Of a stretch of DNA of 64,000 nucleotides, positions 60,683 through 64,000 are shown piece by piece. A model generated the notes under the pieces. The model made no database searches. It worked only from the letters and a program-made list of their open reading frames with translations, and was not told the origin of the DNA. A program made the translations under genes and the position numbers. The stretch is from Anthoceros angustus (lineage: Eukaryota > Plantae > Anthocerotophyta): assembly GCA_010909165.1 (NCBI GenBank), contig VJWM01000253.1, positions 62,001 through 126,000 of the forward strand, in the 5' to 3' direction. Every line of letters starts with the position of its first letter. The stretch's first letter is position 1.

Positions 60683-61083
60683 GCGGCTGAGGTAGGGTTT
60701 GGCAAGCACATTGCTGCGGCCAGCACGACGGGCCGATTAGGGCTTGGCGGCCATGAGAAAACATATTCGGCAGACTGTGAAAACATAGTGTCCCGGCTCT
60801 TTGTTTTCAAAGTTGGAAGGATGGAAAAATTTTGAAGCAAACAACCCGTTTCGAGGAGGAAAACTGTGTGTCCCCTTTGGTGCTTGGCCGCTCTTGGTTA
60901 GGGCGCCAAAGCGGACATAACACCATGTGCTGTGAGAAAACAACTCCGTACTCGAATCTAAGGTATATTCCTCAAGATGCCTACGCCTTGCATGGCTTTC
61001 GAGAGAAAAAAAAAGGCCCATCCCCTCTGTCCGCTTTGGTATGCCATAGCTACGAGCTAACCCTTCTCGTGAACTTTTGTCAG

Positions 61084-61298
61084 GTCCATGCAGAGGATGC
61101 AAAACCTTTGTATCTGCAGTACGCGAAACTAGAAGACGACTATGGTCTGGCTCCACATGCCATGACCGTACATGACCGGGCTACAAAGGCTGTCCGGCTA
61201 TCCCAGACACCGAGAAGATGAGCATCTATGAAATCTATATCTCAAGGGCAGCAGAGTTTTTATCTAGGTGGACCCAACGACAGAGAGACATCTATGAG
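61084..61298 (+). pseudogene. SYF1: Isolated exon of pre-mRNA splicing factor SYF1/XAB2
   Basis: cag|VHAEDAKPLYLQYAKLEDDYGLAPHAMTVHDRATKAV..(frameshift)MSIYEIYISRAAEF...RDIYE|gt matches the SYF1 TPR/HAT region. AG and GT flanks are retained. No other SYF1 exon nearby. Confidence 0.85.
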
Positions 61299-62010
61299 GT
61301 TTGCTTGTATGGAATACCGATCTCGTCACTAAGCCGGGTATGTGTGACAAGTTTTTTTCTTCCGGTATTCTACATGAAGATGCCTGCGCATCTTCAAGAT
61401 TCCTTCATCACATACGCCACATCGGGACGACGGGTCAGAGCGCCACAAAGTTTTTTGTCTTGAACTTGCCCCTCGTGTTCGATCTCGTCATCCACTTTTC
61501 TTTCTGCCATTTAGGGTTTATGTCAAACACACATACTCATGTTTAGGTTTTCTTGCACCACATATGGACATATATATCGGATCGGACATGTCTCGGCCCG
61601 GAAGCCCCGATGGGCATGCTAGTCGCTCAAGACTGCTTCCCTTTCACCGTCGCTGCGTGGCCCCGGATGTTAGCCTCGAACATGCTCGATCCGGTGTGTT
61701 CATTCTTTTGGCTCAGTATGGCTACCAAATGCAATCGCACGACGCCGGATGGCTGAAGCGTGCCAAGGCGAGGCGTACATGGCGCCTCCAAAGCAACCAC
61801 AAAGGCTCTATGGCTACGAAGGCGCGGGCGCCGCCGATGGCTCTCCACGCTATTCGCCATAAAGGCTCGTGACGGTTCTTGTGGCAAACTGACGGGCAGA
61901 TGGGGTCATGCGAATGGATGTGCGATGGCCCATGCCCTGACAGCCCTAAAAAAGAAAACCTTGTGTGTCAAAACCTAAAAAGAATCTTCACACACACACC
62001 ACAGGCTTAG

Positions 62011-62158
62011 TGACGAGATCGGGTATTCCATATCGGTGACATCAGAAGTTTTCCCGCTGTGACACCAGAAGTTTTCCCGCCGAATGCGGCGGGAAAACTT
62101 CTTTTGTCACCATCGAAAAAAACCCTAAAGGGCTTCCTGACGAGATCGGTATTCCATA
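62011..62158. promoter_or_regulatory. Hairpin with three E2F-type sites and a telo-box, bracketed by a direct repeat of about 21 bp
   Basis: Perfect 16-bp IR AGAAGTTTTCCCGCCG-aatg-CGGCGGGAAAACTTCT (62067-62102), an extra left-arm copy at 62036-62058, AAACCCTAA at 62120-62128, and tgacgagatcgg(g)tattccata at 62011 and 62138. Confidence 0.55.
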
Positions 62159-62787
62159 CGCTTGAACTGCTGCTAGTGTCACCTTAAATCAAATCAGAGT
62201 GTGAGAAACATAAAAATTTTAACCAATTCATGAGGCGGCAACTCATTCTCGTGACCTGACTGACGATACTGCCCGGATAATCCAAAGTACCATGACACAC
62301 TTACTATTCCACTCAACAGTGAAAGCCGAATGTAGACATCTTCCGACGAATTTCAGGACGGGACACCCTCGAACATACGATAGGAAAGAAGGTTGATTGA
62401 TCACTGTGGAGAGTGGAGTGTTGTTCCGGCATCTAATTCCACCCCTTCATTCTTGAGGTTGGTATCTTCGTCACAAATTTCTCAGGCGGTGGCCTCCCCG
62501 CACGTCTGCTGACTGGCAGCACAGTGCACACGAGGGAGACAGCCGCAAGATAAAATGGAGGCACAACTCAGAGTCGGCAGTCGGTGTGAAGCTCGATCTG
62601 GCTGGGAAGGCAAGTGCCTAGAGTGGAGCTTCGGCACCTGCAAGCTGCGTCATCAACCATCGCGTGGTACTCAATGCTCCTCATCTTGCATTTCTTTTGG
62701 TGCTCCGCGACTGTCGAAGGACAGCGTCTCACCCGTGCGAAATGTTTCCAGAAACCGTTTGTTCCCTTCTTGTCCCCTACTGCCAAC

Positions 62788-63398
62788 ATGACCAAGACCG
62801 AGATCCTGGATGTGGAGGTCAATGTCACAGCAGCGCGGCTGTGGAATGCTCTTCGGGATTTGCCGAAGCTCTTGCCCGCCCTTCTGCCTGGAGTGATCGA
62901 TAGCGTCTCTTGGATTCAAGGTGACGGAAGCCCTGGAAGCATTAGAGTTGTCAAGTTCGGCGCTGCCACCGGTGAGTTACTTACCACCTGGGTTGTCATC
63001 CTACCGTACGGCGTCAGATGTTGTTCAGGGAATCAAGGAATCTGTGAGGATGTGGGAATGTGAGAATGTGCGGGAATGTGACCCGGTTGCGCAATGCAGA
63101 GTTGGCATCAAAGCTTAAGCTCACGTTCTCCAAGGAGGTGATTGATGAAGTGGATAACGACAAGCACACTGTAAGCTATCATGTTGTGGAGGGAGAGGTG
63201 AGGACCTTGTACAGTCATTACAAGGTGACGACCCAGATTCAGCCGGCTGAGGACCCTGCCACGTCCGTCATCCATTACGTTATTGAGTATGAGCCCATAG
63301 GCGAACAACCTCCCCCCGTGGAACACACTCAGGGCTATGCGCAATTCTTGAAGCTGCTAGAGGCACGTCTGGTGGCCGATCTGTCTGAATATGCTTAA
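62788..63398 (+). CDS. Bet v 1 / PR-10 family protein, 160 aa; exons 62788-62971, 63100-63398
   Basis: ARLWNAL...LPKLLP, Gly-rich loop QGDGSPGSIRVVKF, KEVIDEVDNDKHTVSYHVVEG, VIHYVIEYE. Phase-1 intron at the usual PR-10 position. Confidence 0.92.
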
Positions 63399-64000
63399 AA
63401 CAAACTTACCAGGAGGGCGCATGTGGTGGATGGGAATGTGAACGGAAGCTTCTCCAGGCAGACACACCTTTATTTCCGAGAATATGATAATACGATACAA
63501 TCTTTTGTACGAAATCTTTTGCACTATGGATAAATTGTCACAATTGATCGCAGTCGACTTCGGCTCGCATCGATTGCGCTTGAAACGATACTTTTTCTTT
63601 CCGTGGCCGAGTGTTTTGGGTGGCCTAAGCAGCAGGACATGACTCCAACAACAGCGCATTGCCATGCACTTTCATCAAGCAGGCTTTGATTGCTAGTCGT
63701 GCATCCTCTGACAGGGATGTAATAAAACTGTTTTTGATCAGCTGCACAACAAGATGGCTACTTGATTAATCCCATTCAGTGTCGAAATAGCCAGCGTCTT
63801 TCATCTCAGAATAGTACACATCCTCTGCTTGCATATGCTCTTCCTGCTCCAGAAAATCAATGACTTACAGAGTCAGATTTGAAAACATCGAACTGGCTCA
63901 CACCCAGAGTATATCAGAGCAACAAACACAATGATGCCTGAAAAGCATCCCAATACTGTACCTGGAAAAAATCGGACAGGAATGTGACATAAAGGAGAGG

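Overview
Eukaryotic nuclear DNA from a land plant, probably a non-seed plant. GC-rich exons, short GT-AG introns (mostly about 70-140 nt), a BELL gene and a CRE-type retroposon fit a bryophyte or lycophyte, but the species cannot be fixed from sequence alone. 1-22.5 kb is a transposon nest: decayed pol-less LTR-retrotransposon-like units, several near-identical indel-riddled tandem duplications that may be assembly artefacts, and a CACTA/En-Spm element with a disabled TNP2 transposase, an intact right TIR and a divergently oriented TnpA-like gene. 24.3-28.7 kb is an intact 4-exon BELL homeodomain gene (about 1107 aa). 32-48.7 kb is mostly decayed sequence: mtHSP70, RING-like, PR-1 and neprosin pseudogenes, one intact 137-aa conserved gene plus its decayed tandem copy, and a solo LTR that splits a ~100-bp palindrome. 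49-55.5 kb is a tight gene cluster: a receptor-like cytoplasmic pseudokinase, PSA2, COG0212 with an RRM-like tail, and a head-to-head intronless DUF4326 gene. 56.6-64 kb holds a CRE-like non-LTR relic, a SYF1 exon fragment, an E2F-site hairpin and a PR-10 gene. The best leads are (i) PSA2 has no clean start of its own and can be spliced in frame onto COG0212-RRM, and (ii) a prokaryote-like DUF4326 gene shares a bidirectional promoter with that unit. All family assignments come from remembered motifs, not database searches, and gene models are inferred from splice signals without RNA data.
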